From Spirochaetia bacterium (lineage in GTDB: Bacteria > Spirochaetota > Spirochaetia > DSM-2461), in the NCBI GenBank assembly GCA_963668315.1, contig OY764216.1:4608001-4672000 (forward strand): a DNA stretch of 64,000 bases, given 5' to 3'. Every line of letters begins with the position of its first letter. Within the stretch, counting starts at the first letter, position 1. Below the pieces are notes generated by a model that did not search any database, was not told the DNA's origin, and saw only the letters and a program-made list of their open reading frames with translations. Of the stretch, positions 21,076 through 31,228 are shown one piece after another. The position numbers and the translations under genes were made by a program.

Positions 21076-21480
21076 ACTTGATAGAAATAGAGGACGGCCT
21101 CATAACTCGAAGGCCGATGACTATAGATTTGGTTTTATGAAAACAATCTATATTAAGAGGCACCTATTCCACTACCCTATTTTTTCAAAGAAAACGGCGG
21201 GTGAAATATTATATTTAGCAGCAAGTTTCTGAATATGTTGTTTATTAAGTTCTCTCTTCCCCGAAATAATCTCACTGATAACCGATTGGGGAGCAATATC
21301 ACTCAAATCTGATTGTTTATGCTGATGCTCTTCCATTAATCCTTGTAACATATCAATAGGAGATACTTTTGGCGTAGGAATATTTCCTTCATATTCTTTA
21401 AGCTGACTTTTTATGTAATGATATAACCCTTTCAAATAGGTTTTCTTTTCTTCAATAATTAACTCTTTCAGCTGGAGAAG
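21076..21480. repeat. 405-bp direct repeat, copy 2
   Basis: Matches 13866-14270 at offset 7210. Confidence 0.95.
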
Positions 21481-21591
21481 AATATCTTCGGCCCTAATAG
21501 CATCGGAATCAGTTTTTATTTGGATAGAGGTCAATTCTTCCATAACTGAAATATTTGCTTTATCTAAAAAATTATCCAGTGAAGTAATCAT
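21172..21591 (-). CDS. higA: HigA-type HTH antitoxin (no adjacent toxin seen)
   Basis: LMEEHQHKQSDLSDIAPQSVISEIISGKRELNKQHIQKLAAKYNISPAVFF. Confidence 0.75.
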   Translation of the reverse strand: MITSLDNFLDKANISVMEELTSIQIKTDSDAIRAEDILLQLKELIIEEKKTYLKGLYHYIKSQLKEYEGNIPTPKVSPIDMLQGLMEEHQHKQSDLSDIAPQSVISEIISGKRELNKQHIQKLAAKYNISPAVFFEKIG

Positions 21592-22225
21592 AATTAACTC
21601 CCAACATGATATTATCAAAAAACACCAAATAGTCTCTTAAACAATATCCTATATAGATTATAGTTTAGCTCTATACGACAAGGATTTACAAGAAACGTTT
21701 TATTATATTCCGTTTTAAATCAAACTTATCTTTCTATGTATCATTCCTTTTCATTTGATAAGTTCAAATAAAATCACCAATGCTGAAACGATAATCATAC
21801 TTCTCTTATATCCTATCAAAAGTTACGTTCTATCCTTCGTAAATATTCTTCTGATCTTCTAAATCCTTTAAACAATGCCGATCAATATTCTTTCTTTTAA
21901 AACAGCTTGTCAATCATCCGTTCATTAATGTCTTTGTTTTAGAAGCTTGAAATACTTTTTTTATTTCTTTACAACATAGAGAATTACAAAACGAATCGCG
22001 CGCTATTTTATTATATTACAAAGATTTACGCAATATAGCGTTTACCCATATACAGCCTTTGTTTTACAACTATATACACATATAACAAAGATTTAACTGT
22101 TAGCGCTTTACATGCTTTATCTTGCATAGCTAACAGTTAAGGATAAAGTTAAGAAAATCAATATATAAATTACACAATAGATTTAAATAACTGAATGAGA
22201 AAAGATCAGAATTAAAAGTAATTTT

Positions 22226-22255
22226 CCCAAAAAGGTCACCGGTGACCTTTTTGGG
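22226..22255. repeat. Perfect 30-bp palindrome
   Basis: CCCAAAAAGGTCACC|GGTGACCTTTTTGGG. Confidence 0.95.
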
Positions 22256-22501
22256 GATTTAACAGGAATTTGACATTAAACGAGAGCCTTCCGATCTACA
22301 TACTCCTGATATTCATATCTCAAAAAGAAACATATTATTGTCTATATTTTTTCTAAAGAAAAAGCCTATAATCTCCATTAAGAACTCTTGCCAGGGATAT
22401 TGTCTTTGAAGATTCTTGCTTCATTCCATCTAATGATCGTATTTTTCCTCCCTGATGGTAGGCTGACGATCCATTTCTATCTACCCTGATGTGATAAGTA
22501 C

Positions 22502-22921
22502 TCACAGATCTGATACATCTCCAAATAAATCCAGCATAAATCTTCCATTATTTTTAGAAATTGATTTAACAAAAGATTTCCTAAAATTTTCATAACGTGA
22601 AGTAGCACTTTTTCTAGCACCTTCCCTCTTTTCATTATTATCAGGCAATGCAGGATTATAGATAAAAAAGCCGTAAAGAAAAGAATCAAAATACTTCATG
22701 AACAAATCTAGTTCTTTATACAATCTATTTATATTCTCAGAGCTTTCTGAAATAGATTTTGATAATACATCAATCATGCTTGATTCCTTTTCCAATTTCT
22801 CATATGCAGCGTCTCTAATAAAATCAGAGAGAGTATAGTTCTTACTACAGAAATTATCCATTATTTTCTTTTTAATATTTATTGGTATACGAATATTAAT
22901 ACTAGTTTTAACACTTGACAT
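22502..22921 (-). CDS. Ribbon-helix-helix (CopG/MobC-like) protein
   Basis: SINIRIP...TLSDFIRDAAYEKL; C-terminal FF.YNPALP...ARKSATSRYENF resembles CopG proteins of conjugative elements. Confidence 0.55.
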   Translation of the reverse strand: MSSVKTSINIRIPINIKKKIMDNFCSKNYTLSDFIRDAAYEKLEKESSMIDVLSKSISESSENINRLYKELDLFMKYFDSFLYGFFIYNPALPDNNEKREGARKSATSRYENFRKSFVKSISKNNGRFMLDLFGDVSDL

Positions 22922-23114
22922 AGTTTTATACTCCTTATTCTATTCTATATAAACAATTAAAAGTCGTAAAAACCTCATAAAGTATCATTATATAATATTC
23001 TATCCCGTATGAGGTTTTACAATATAGAGAGTTTATCTTACGAATCTATACTTACTCTAAAGGGAATTACGATTATACTCCCTTTATCTAGCAAAGATCC
23101 TAAAAAAGCTATAA

Positions 23115-24026
23115 CTATTCAGATTTCCATGGTACTCTTTCATTCAATTCTTTCAAATTGGATTCATTAAATGGAAACTCCCCCCTCGACCTCTTTGCCA
23201 GATTCTCTTTATCACTTGAATGAAACGAAGATGAAAACTTCTGGCTACGATTAGGAAGATTAGGATCGGTATGAGGCCTTTCCTTCCATTTCTCAGAACG
23301 TAACCAACTAATGGCATTTGGAATAAATTTCCGATTATCCTTTTGCCATTCTTCAGTAGTCATCCAATCAGAAACAAGAGCAATATGATCTTCAAGAACT
23401 GGCAGATTATGAATATTCAAAAACAAAGCTAAGGTCTCATTCTTGTCACACTTTCTTGGATAGTGTTCCCACCATTTCTCAAAATCCAGTTTTTTCTGTT
23501 TCAGGTCTTCATTCTCTTCTAGTTTAGGTTCTTCTTGTCTTTTCTCTTCTAGTCTAGCTGTGACAGTCTGTGACTCGTCATTGACTGTCACAGACATGTC
23601 ATAGACAGCCTCATACGCATCAAACCAATTAGGGGTAGCCAGCCTACCAATCTTTTTCTGCTCTGCCACTTGTGCCTTATAGACTTTAATCAGCTTTTGG
23701 AGTTTCTTTGAACGCGTCGCTGATGTAAGAAGGAATTTATAGATCTTATGACAGGAAATCTCTCCTGATTGTTCAAGGGTTAATAGATCTTGATTACACA
23801 TGAAATGAATCATCTGTTCAACTCGCGAAGTATTACCATTGTAAAATTGGGCAATATCTTCACATGTTTCCTCCAACGTCGGTAGAGGGCTATAATCTTC
23901 TATAGCCTCTGTAATCGACTCAATAATCAAACAGTATAATCCATAGCCTTCAATACCATATCTTTCGAATACTCTTCTGATTTTTGGATCATGCCTCATT
24001 GTACCCAGGTGCTGAAAATATCTCAT
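23115..24026 (-). CDS. Phage-type replication initiator-like protein
   Basis: HDPKIRRVFERYGIEGYGLYCLIIE N-terminus; FEKWWEHYPRK...FIPNAISWL C-terminus; internal short repeats. Confidence 0.7.
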   Translation of the reverse strand: MRYFQHLGTMRHDPKIRRVFERYGIEGYGLYCLIIESITEAIEDYSPLPTLEETCEDIAQFYNGNTSRVEQMIHFMCNQDLLTLEQSGEISCHKIYKFLLTSATRSKKLQKLIKVYKAQVAEQKKIGRLATPNWFDAYEAVYDMSVTVNDESQTVTARLEEKRQEEPKLEENEDLKQKKLDFEKWWEHYPRKCDKNETLALFLNIHNLPVLEDHIALVSDWMTTEEWQKDNRKFIPNAISWLRSEKWKERPHTDPNLPNRSQKFSSSFHSSDKENLAKRSRGEFPFNESNLKELNERVPWKSE

Positions 24027-24217
24027 CTGGCCCCCCTAATCCTACTATCCTGAAAATCCGCTGTGATCTTTTGGGATTTAGTTCCAGACCACTCAATCCT
24101 AACCAGTCTAGAATCATGCAGGTGGACTTTAAGTGAAATACAGCCATACGCTGGAATAGTCTGAAATACCTCCAAAAAATCTGGAGCAATTTCTTCTAGA
24201 AGTTCTTTAGCTTTCAT
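24023..24217 (-). CDS. Small hypothetical protein
   Basis: 64 aa, overlaps both neighbours in the xis-rep operon. Confidence 0.55.
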   Translation of the reverse strand: MKAKELLEEIAPDFLEVFQTIPAYGCISLKVHLHDSRLVRIEWSGTKSQKITADFQDSRIRGAR

Positions 24218-24404
24218 CTATAACCTCCCAACCATCATATGACCCATTAAGAAGATTATCTATAAATGACTCGGGAACACGTATCTGCTTCCCAATTCTT
24301 ACGTGTGGAATCGCATCATTTGCGATATGACGTATGAATGTTGAATAACTGATACCTAATCTATCAGTAACTTCCGTAGGTGTTAAAAATTTATCATTAC
24401 CCAT
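24207..24404 (-). CDS. Excisionase-like HTH protein
   Basis: FLTPTEVTDRLGISYSTF...IPHVRIGKQIRVP. Confidence 0.8.
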   Translation of the reverse strand: MGNDKFLTPTEVTDRLGISYSTFIRHIANDAIPHVRIGKQIRVPESFIDNLLNGSYDGWEVIDES

Positions 24405-24524
24405 CTTTCTACTCCAATAATTATTATTGATTGCAATCATTGGGTAAATGATAGAATTCGTATCAATTTACGAATACGTGTAAAAGTAGTGGAAAATGGG
24501 TAAAAAACAGGGAGGAAGAAGCTA

Positions 24525-25053
24525 CGAGCCACCCCGTGTTTTCCTGAGACACAATTATTTGAGAGAATAGTTTCATGAAAAAGCGGATCATCTATATTCT
24601 TCCATATAAAAGTTGGCTGATGGGTTTTACAATCTATGAATACAGATTCAACCTTGGATGCCTTGGAACAAGCTATTTTTGCTCGATCCCAAGAGAAAAA
24701 TCTTATCCATCAAAGTTACAGAGGTATTCTGTATTTATTAATTAGGTACTCAGAACGCCAATCTGAATCAGGATTTTCTCCATCAGTTAGTAGCGTTAGT
24801 CATATAATAATGCCACGGACGAGACAATCAATGGTCGTTTTTAAGCGGAGATGATTTGGAAAAGAAGTTCTTGGAAAACAATGGAAGACTCAGAATTAGC
24901 CATTCTGGAATAGGAGGACTGGTTCAAGAATCACAGACTTTTGGTGCCAATCGTAGATAATCTTCCCTAAGAATACGAAATGCTGTAAAATAAAAGAGTT
25001 AAAGGTTCGTCTGAATTAGTAGGACTCAAATAAAAAAATCTCTGGGCGGTTCA
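24525..25053 (+). mobile_element. Internally deleted IS3-family remnant with 3-bp CTA target duplication
   Basis: Ends CGAGCCACCCC / GGGCGGTTCA; degenerate DALEQAIFAR...LIHQSYRG..Y..IRYSER integrase core; CTA at 24522-24524 and 25054-25056. Confidence 0.8.
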
Positions 25054-26037
25054 CTATTTCAAGGGGAAACATTTGTGCCAATTATCTTCAAGAGACCGTT
25101 CAGAAAGAACCTCCCCTGTCTTTTTAATTAAATTGGGAAAATGTACTTTGGGGTTTAAATCGGGAGAATCTTTATAATGCATCTGAACGAATTTAATTAT
25201 TGAACATGTTAATTGATATCGACCATCGCCGATCCTCTTAATATATTGCTCTTTTTCTAGATTTTTCAAAACTGATAATACTTGTTCGTATGGATCATGA
25301 ATTAAATCATCCTTTAATAAAATCTCATTCAGAAGGATTTCATAGTCTACCAAATGTAACAGATGCAAATTGAATAGAAACTCCTGATTCTCATTATACT
25401 TGAAAGCCGTTCTCTCTTCTTTAAGTACAATAAGAATTCTAGGGATAATATCCGCAAAACTAAGAAGTTCACAAGCATTTACAAAATCAAGAACAGAAGT
25501 TTCCTCTGACATTCGAATAACCTGTTCTATAACACGAGGATTAATATCCTCTGATTCATTTCGATATAGAATAGAAGCAAGTAAGATTAAAAATCTCTTT
25601 GCATCATTAACATTTCTTATAATGATTTTCTTTTTTTGTTCATGGCTCAATACATCATATCTATTTTTTAAATAAAGCTCATATTCTATCTGTTCATCCG
25701 TAAAGAACTTTACATTTTCCTCAATATACTCAAACTGTTGATCCAACTCGCGCTTAAGAAGCTCTTGGGATGGATCAAGTTGATCTAGTTCCTCTGATAT
25801 GTTCTTCTGCTCTATTTGAGTATGTTGTAAAAGCTGATTTTCAAAAAATGTTTCTTGATAAAAAGAGAATAATGCATCATCCTCAAGATTTTGAGGAATG
25901 GGTAAAAATAAATCCGCATATTTCGCCCGGAAGAAAAGATCATTGGTTTGACCGCTTCTTATAGCATATTCAACATTTTTATAAATCTCAGTTCTTAGTG
26001 ATCCATCATCCGGATAATATTTATGTATTCTAATCAT
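25054..26037 (-). CDS. Hypothetical protein
   Basis: 327-aa ORF coupled to the XRE gene; no motif recognised. Confidence 0.65.
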   Translation of the reverse strand: MIRIHKYYPDDGSLRTEIYKNVEYAIRSGQTNDLFFRAKYADLFLPIPQNLEDDALFSFYQETFFENQLLQHTQIEQKNISEELDQLDPSQELLKRELDQQFEYIEENVKFFTDEQIEYELYLKNRYDVLSHEQKKKIIIRNVNDAKRFLILLASILYRNESEDINPRVIEQVIRMSEETSVLDFVNACELLSFADIIPRILIVLKEERTAFKYNENQEFLFNLHLLHLVDYEILLNEILLKDDLIHDPYEQVLSVLKNLEKEQYIKRIGDGRYQLTCSIIKFVQMHYKDSPDLNPKVHFPNLIKKTGEVLSERSLEDNWHKCFPLK

Positions 26038-26251
26038 TCAATGCTTCTTCTATTGATCTAACTATCTCCCACGCAGGACATCCAATACCACGTGCTATTC
26101 TTATAATTGTTTTCAATGAAGGCATCTTCTTACCGGTTTCTATTTCGGATAAAAAAGCTTTACTCATATCTATACGATTTATGAGTTCATCTTGGGATAA
26201 TCCGGATTTTTTTCTATAGTTACTTATTACTGAACCTATAACTTCCTTCAT
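26030..26251 (-). CDS. XRE-family HTH regulator
   Basis: RKKSGLSQDEL...SKAFLSEIETGKKMPSLKTIIRIA. Confidence 0.88.
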   Translation of the reverse strand: MKEVIGSVISNYRKKSGLSQDELINRIDMSKAFLSEIETGKKMPSLKTIIRIARGIGCPAWEIVRSIEEALND

Positions 26252-26677
26252 TGGAGATAATTATATTAGTTTACGCCTTACAATATGATACGCTATTGAA
26301 TATCATCAATAGTCATATGGATGTATAGGTTACATTAAAGACCTTCTTCCCTGTAACTATTCTCATAGTAGAAAAAAAAAGCCTGCCTTCTCCACCAAGC
26401 GTTACAACGAGTTTTATCAGTATTTCTTATCTACTAAAGCAGCCTTGTCATAGGCATTGTCAAACAAATCGTAATTATTAAAGCCAAATGAGTTATACCA
26501 TACGTATTATTATGAACATAGATTTCTAATATAATAATCTATTACGCTAAAGCGTTATACCAAGTATACCTAATCGTCAATACTATATAATAATGAATTA
26601 AGATAGTTGGAATTATCAATTAATGATGATATTTTAAAAACATTGAATCTTTATTTTTTTTACCTGGAGATATATTT

Positions 26678-26989
26678 ATGGAACAAAATTCGGTTTGTCG
26701 TACAAAACAGTTCTGGGGGATTTGTTTTAATGATAGAAACACAAATTCACCGTATGAGGGAGATTATCTACTGGGAGAAGCTATTTTAAGATTTCACAAT
26801 GGATATCTACATAGCCGTTTAGAAAACGGAAATATAATCCCGGCAGTTGAGTTTCCAGATTTCCATATGGAATACTACTATGAAGGAAAACTACACCGTG
26901 AAGAAAAAGCCGCGATCAGCTCAGATTATGGTAGTATTAAGGAATACTGGGAAAATGGAGAACTTATCAAGGTAGAAACATTTGAATAA
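26678..26989 (+). CDS. Hypothetical protein with LHR..PA/EYWENG-type repeats
   Basis: GGAG RBS; NGYLH...PAVE, EGKLHREEKAAI...KEYWENG. Confidence 0.55.
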   Translation: MEQNSVCRTKQFWGICFNDRNTNSPYEGDYLLGEAILRFHNGYLHSRLENGNIIPAVEFPDFHMEYYYEGKLHREEKAAISSDYGSIKEYWENGELIKVETFE

Positions 26990-27036
26990 GTATTATTTTT
27001 CTGTCTATCTTCAATAGTTGCTTTCTAACAGTCTAT

Positions 27037-27130
27037 CCCGCTCCTCCTTCAAAAGTACATTGTCGGGCAAAAAAACCGCAGCACGGCCGGTCTCTTTCAA
27101 CATAGTGCGAATGTACTGTAGAAAGTTAAG
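27037..27130 (-). pseudogene. Type I R-M methyltransferase (HsdM) fragment
   Basis: LNFLQYIRTMLKETGRAAVFLPDNVL(F)EGGAG with one frameshift. Confidence 0.65.
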
Positions 27131-27427
27131 ACCATCCGAGGTCCAATAAAGCCTTGATTTGCTGCTGTTTTTCTATTTTCAGTACATTCCCCACACTCTA
27201 TCCTCCAAATAGAGGATAAAGGTTAAAAATATTGTCTGAAAATGGCCGCTTTTATGTGCCCGTTAACACAATAGCATCATTTTCGTTTTTGATCTCAAGT
27301 ATTATTTTTTCTTCCACCTCCATTTTCTTATACTCAAGAGAATCATAAATATAAGGCTCATCATCACCCTGATCATGCATTTTATCAAATGCTTCCTTCC
27401 AGCCTATCCGAGTCCCTGCGGATAATC

Positions 27428-27679
27428 TCATTCTATTAACTTAAGCTGGTTATCCCTATTTTCCAGTTTTAGTACAGGTCGATTTGTAGCAGATCCCATA
27501 TCTATTATGCATGCCTTCAATTCCTCAAGACTTGAACCAAAAGGGATAAAAGGTTCTGCATCCCAATAGAGGATATCATCTTCTTAATTGTAATAGACTT
27601 CCCGTATTTGAAAATCTGCTTCTTTAGTCTTCTTTATATAAATAACTCAAAAATCAAAACTATCAATTTCATTATTCAT
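27428..27679 (-). pseudogene. Small hypothetical gene with two in-frame stops
   Basis: MNNEIDSFDF*VIY...IREVYYN*EDDILYWDAEPFIPFGSSLEELK; AAGGA upstream. Confidence 0.5.
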
Positions 27680-27701
27680 TTCGTCACCAATTCCTTAAGA
27701 T

Positions 27702-28496
27702 CTACTCATCGAGACGACGATCAGAATAACTTGGAATACCAAGATCATTTTTTTCAAATGCATCAAGATTGAGAATACCCCTTGAATCAAATTCACATGG
27801 AATATAATTATCCTTAACAAGAATCAATCCCTTCTCAACCATGTATTGGATTATGTCATTGGAATAATAGTTAAGTTCAAGAATCATTACTGGAAGTTTT
27901 TTAAAGTCATTTAAAATAGTGGAAAAAATAATATCTATAATTTCGTATAAAAATCGTGGATCAGAATCATAATTAAACGCACATAATTCTAAACAATGAC
28001 TTCTGTAGAATGTCCTACCAATAATGAATCGTTCAGTAGACAATCTAGTCCAAATTCCTATTGAACCTTTGACTACTATATGCTTACCAGCATCCCCAAT
28101 ATTTGGATTTCTCAGAAAAAATAGGCCATCTTGGCACCTAGAATGGATAGAAATATGATTTGATAAAATTCGAGAATAGCATTCTTTCTCTGATAATGAA
28201 AATTCAGATAAATTCATCTCAAAAGAATCGAAAAAACGATATAATTCTTCTTCAGGAATACCATATCTAGAAATGGCTTTATATAAAAGGGGAAGATCGA
28301 CATTTACATTCCTATGAATTATCTCTTCATCTGAGCCAAAGTGATACCTAATATCCGATATGTTATCTAAACCACCGAAAGAGATCAACTCATCATATAA
28401 ATCATTTAATTTAATTTTCGGATTTAGTTTTTTACTATAATAGTAAACAGGTCTGACGATCTTTTTGATAAAAGATCTATACTCTTTTGCATTCAT
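27702..28496 (-). CDS. Hypothetical protein
   Basis: GAGGAG RBS before MNAKEY; low GC. Confidence 0.65.
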   Translation of the reverse strand: MNAKEYRSFIKKIVRPVYYYSKKLNPKIKLNDLYDELISFGGLDNISDIRYHFGSDEEIIHRNVNVDLPLLYKAISRYGIPEEELYRFFDSFEMNLSEFSLSEKECYSRILSNHISIHSRCQDGLFFLRNPNIGDAGKHIVVKGSIGIWTRLSTERFIIGRTFYRSHCLELCAFNYDSDPRFLYEIIDIIFSTILNDFKKLPVMILELNYYSNDIIQYMVEKGLILVKDNYIPCEFDSRGILNLDAFEKNDLGIPSYSDRRLDE

Positions 28497-28705
28497 AATT
28501 ATACTCCTCTCATTGCAATCTAACCCCTCTTTACTGAATCGCAATAATTGTAAAATTATGATAAAAAAGAATAAAAACTTATGTTGGCATCTAGGAGGAG
28601 AACCTGTTTAAGCTTTACTTCACTAAGTATAAAATGTTTAATAACATTAATCAATTATTTGAGGGTAAGAAAGAAAATTGTTCAAACTAGACTTCCCCGA
28701 TTTCT

Positions 28706-28813
28706 ATACAACGTAAGATTTCTATCCTGCAGAACCCAAATAAAAAAAGTCCCCCTGGTAGCATCCATATCGTCAAAACATCCACCGCTTCTGCGGGATA
28801 GAACTCGTTGTAC
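28706..28813 (-). other. Atypical attC-like hairpin terminating the recombinase/IS91-like unit
   Basis: Minus strand GTACAAC GAG TTCTATCCCGCAGAA ... TTCTGCAGGATAGAA ATCTTAC GTTGTAT; asymmetric spacer. Confidence 0.6.
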
Positions 28814-29099
28814 TCAACCGACTGTATGAAAAAGCTTTCTCCATGGGTCTTGTATTGAATTTCCAGCTTACATGAAAAGTATAATACTGTTCCCTTAATT
28901 AAGAAATAGTGATTTTCCCACTTACCGTAAGAAATAATCCCTATTCCCCTTTGGGAAGAATTATAAAAAGGGCTTTCCCGGGGAAAGTGAGGCATAAAAG
29001 AACAAAGCTCCCCCACGAATCCTATGAACAGGACACGGGTGAGAATAATCGTTCGTATTTTTCCATCAACAATTATCACAGGCCGAGGGCCTGGTCACT

Positions 29100-30259
29100 T
29101 CAGGATACCCTGCAAGGATTTGGCTCAGGACCATGAATACTCCGCCTATTTCCATACAATCCCATGAAGATCATCTCTTTTCCGCATTTGCAACAGACTT
29201 TTTTCTCAAAGTCCCAAGTCTCGACATCCTTATGCGACTCATACTCATTCGCTGGATTTTCTCCTGGTTCATGGGAAAAATCGGGGAGTTCCGTTATGAA
29301 TTGCCGCACTTGCCTTAGGGATTCCCGCCTGTTATGATTACTCATATAACCGAAATATCGTATCTTTCTCATCCCCTTGGGCAAAAGATGAAGAAGAAAA
29401 CGATCAATGAATTCCTCCAAAGGGAGAACCATCCTTTTTCTCTTGTGGCCGGAGGCTCTGTCAATCCATGTGAAATTGACTCTGTCTCCATCTGTGGCAA
29501 CAATCCGCTGCTCGCTGATTCCCACACGGTGTGTATATCGGCCCAGGTACTTAACAACCTGAGCAGGATTTCCAAAAGGCTTTTTGGCATAAACCACAAA
29601 GTTTTTCCGCGCGGCACTCTGTAGATTTTTCTCATAGAGAACCCTGTCGCCAAAGAGAGCCCCCTTATCACAGTATTTTCTGAGTGAACTCAGCAGCTTC
29701 CCCCGAAAAACGACAGACAATTTCTTCACCGGCACCAGATATTTGGGATTCCCCTCAATCCAGTGAGATTTATCAGGAGAGAGGCCTCCCCGGGTAGAAT
29801 ACAGTGCACATGAGGATGATAAAGCAGTTTCTGCGTCCATGTATGAAGAACTGATAATCCCCCTACACCGGCCCCGAGATTCTCCGGATTCTGACATACC
29901 TCAAGAAGTGTCTTATGGGCACTATGAAAAAGAGCTTTGTAGAATAGTTGATGATTCGCACCAGCCAAGTGAAGCAGTTCATGGGGAACCGTAAAGACCA
30001 CATGAAAATAGGGAACCGGCAATAATTCTTCCAGCCGCTTGTCCACCCACCGGACACGGGACGCTCCCTGGCACAAGGGGCAGTGCCTGTCCCGGCAGGA
30101 ATTGTAATGAGTTTCTTTATGCCCGCATTCGCAAACCAAGGTATTACCACCCATCCGATGGGTATGGCAATCCGAAATATGTCCCAGAACCACCCGTTCT
30201 CTCCTGTTCAAACCGGGAAGAGTTTTCCCTATCTCTGCTATTTCTCCCAATTTACTCAT
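29100..30259 (-). pseudogene. IS91-family (Y2 HUH) transposase, 1-nt frameshift at 29788-29791
   Basis: Zn-binding NSCRDRHCPLCQ, YFHVVFTVP, HPHVHCI (HUH), YLGRY (Y2), RKIRYFG; one G missing from PGGG codons. Confidence 0.88.
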
Positions 30260-31115
30260 GAACCGCTTCCCCTCCCTTCAAAGAATCAAGAGGATTGCGG
30301 ACGGTTCTTATATGATGGGCGGCAATATGCAAATATTTTTCCGTCGTCTGGATATCGGAATGGCCTAGAAGAGCCTGTATCGTTCGCAAATCAGTTCCGG
30401 CCTCAAGAAGGTGCGTGGCAAAGGAGTGACGAAAAGTATGGGGAGTCACATGTCTCTCCAATCCTGCTCTCACGGTAAGATTTTGGATGAATCTCTGAAT
30501 GGTAGAGGTATGCATCTTCACATGCCCCCCTCTGCCGGGAAACAGCCATTCATCGGGTTTGACACGGCAGGACCGATAATAAGCCCGTAAAATCTCCAGC
30601 AAATCGGCGCTTAACTGGACTTTTCTATCCTTACCGCCTTTCCCCTGGCGGACATGAAGCAGCATATTCTTACTGTCGATATCGGTGATTTTTAGATTAA
30701 CAAGTTCGCCTATTCTCAAACCGGTACTGTAAAGAGTGGCGACAATAGCATAGTGGCGGGGATTTTTCCGGACTTCAGAAAGCAACAGGGATACTTCCTT
30801 TTTGTTCATTACCTCGGGTAGTTTTTTTCTCATCTTCTGAAAAGGAATATGATTCACCGGCCAATCGACGCCTCTTACTTTCTGAAAATAAAACCGGAGC
30901 GCACAGACCATTTGGTTAAAATGGGACCAGGAAACCTTTTCCTGGTGCACCAGATAATATTGCCATTCATGAATATCTTCGAGTGTTACCAAATCAATGG
31001 GCTTCTCTAGATGGGTCAGATACTTTTTCAGTACGGCGACATAGGTTGATATCGTTTTTTCTGCATAATTGCGGATCACCATGGCTTTGCGCATGGCTTC
31101 TAATTCTTGTGTCAT
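30252..31115 (-). CDS. Tyrosine recombinase (IS91-associated, Xer/IntI-related, lacks IntI-specific insertion)
   Basis: RNYAEKTISTY SAM-like N-terminus; TGLRIGE, GKGGKDR, HTFRHSFATHLLEAG, LLGH, TEKY. Confidence 0.9.
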   Translation of the reverse strand: MTQELEAMRKAMVIRNYAEKTISTYVAVLKKYLTHLEKPIDLVTLEDIHEWQYYLVHQEKVSWSHFNQMVCALRFYFQKVRGVDWPVNHIPFQKMRKKLPEVMNKKEVSLLLSEVRKNPRHYAIVATLYSTGLRIGELVNLKITDIDSKNMLLHVRQGKGGKDRKVQLSADLLEILRAYYRSCRVKPDEWLFPGRGGHVKMHTSTIQRFIQNLTVRAGLERHVTPHTFRHSFATHLLEAGTDLRTIQALLGHSDIQTTEKYLHIAAHHIRTVRNPLDSLKGGEAVHE

Positions 31116-31228
31116 ATAACACCTCCGCCTCTATTGTGAAAAGAGTGACGGATTTATATAACCGGGGAATCTTGATAGGTGGAGAAAAGTGTGATGGTGT
31201 TGAATCCACCGCTGGGTACAGCGGTTTA

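Noticed and set aside
21085..21130. Fluoride riboswitch (ATAAC...GCCGATGAC resemblance)
   Set aside because: The GGCGATGG/CCTAC pairing elements are missing and no cognate gene lies downstream
28687..29079. ORFs over recombination sites (also 36276-36473, 30983-31393)
   Set aside because: No motifs; they overlap attC hairpins or element ends
30252..31115. Canonical IntI or chromosomal XerC/XerD
   Set aside because: Only 287 aa, lacks the IntI insertion and is coupled to an IS91-type transposase; kept as a non-canonical candidate
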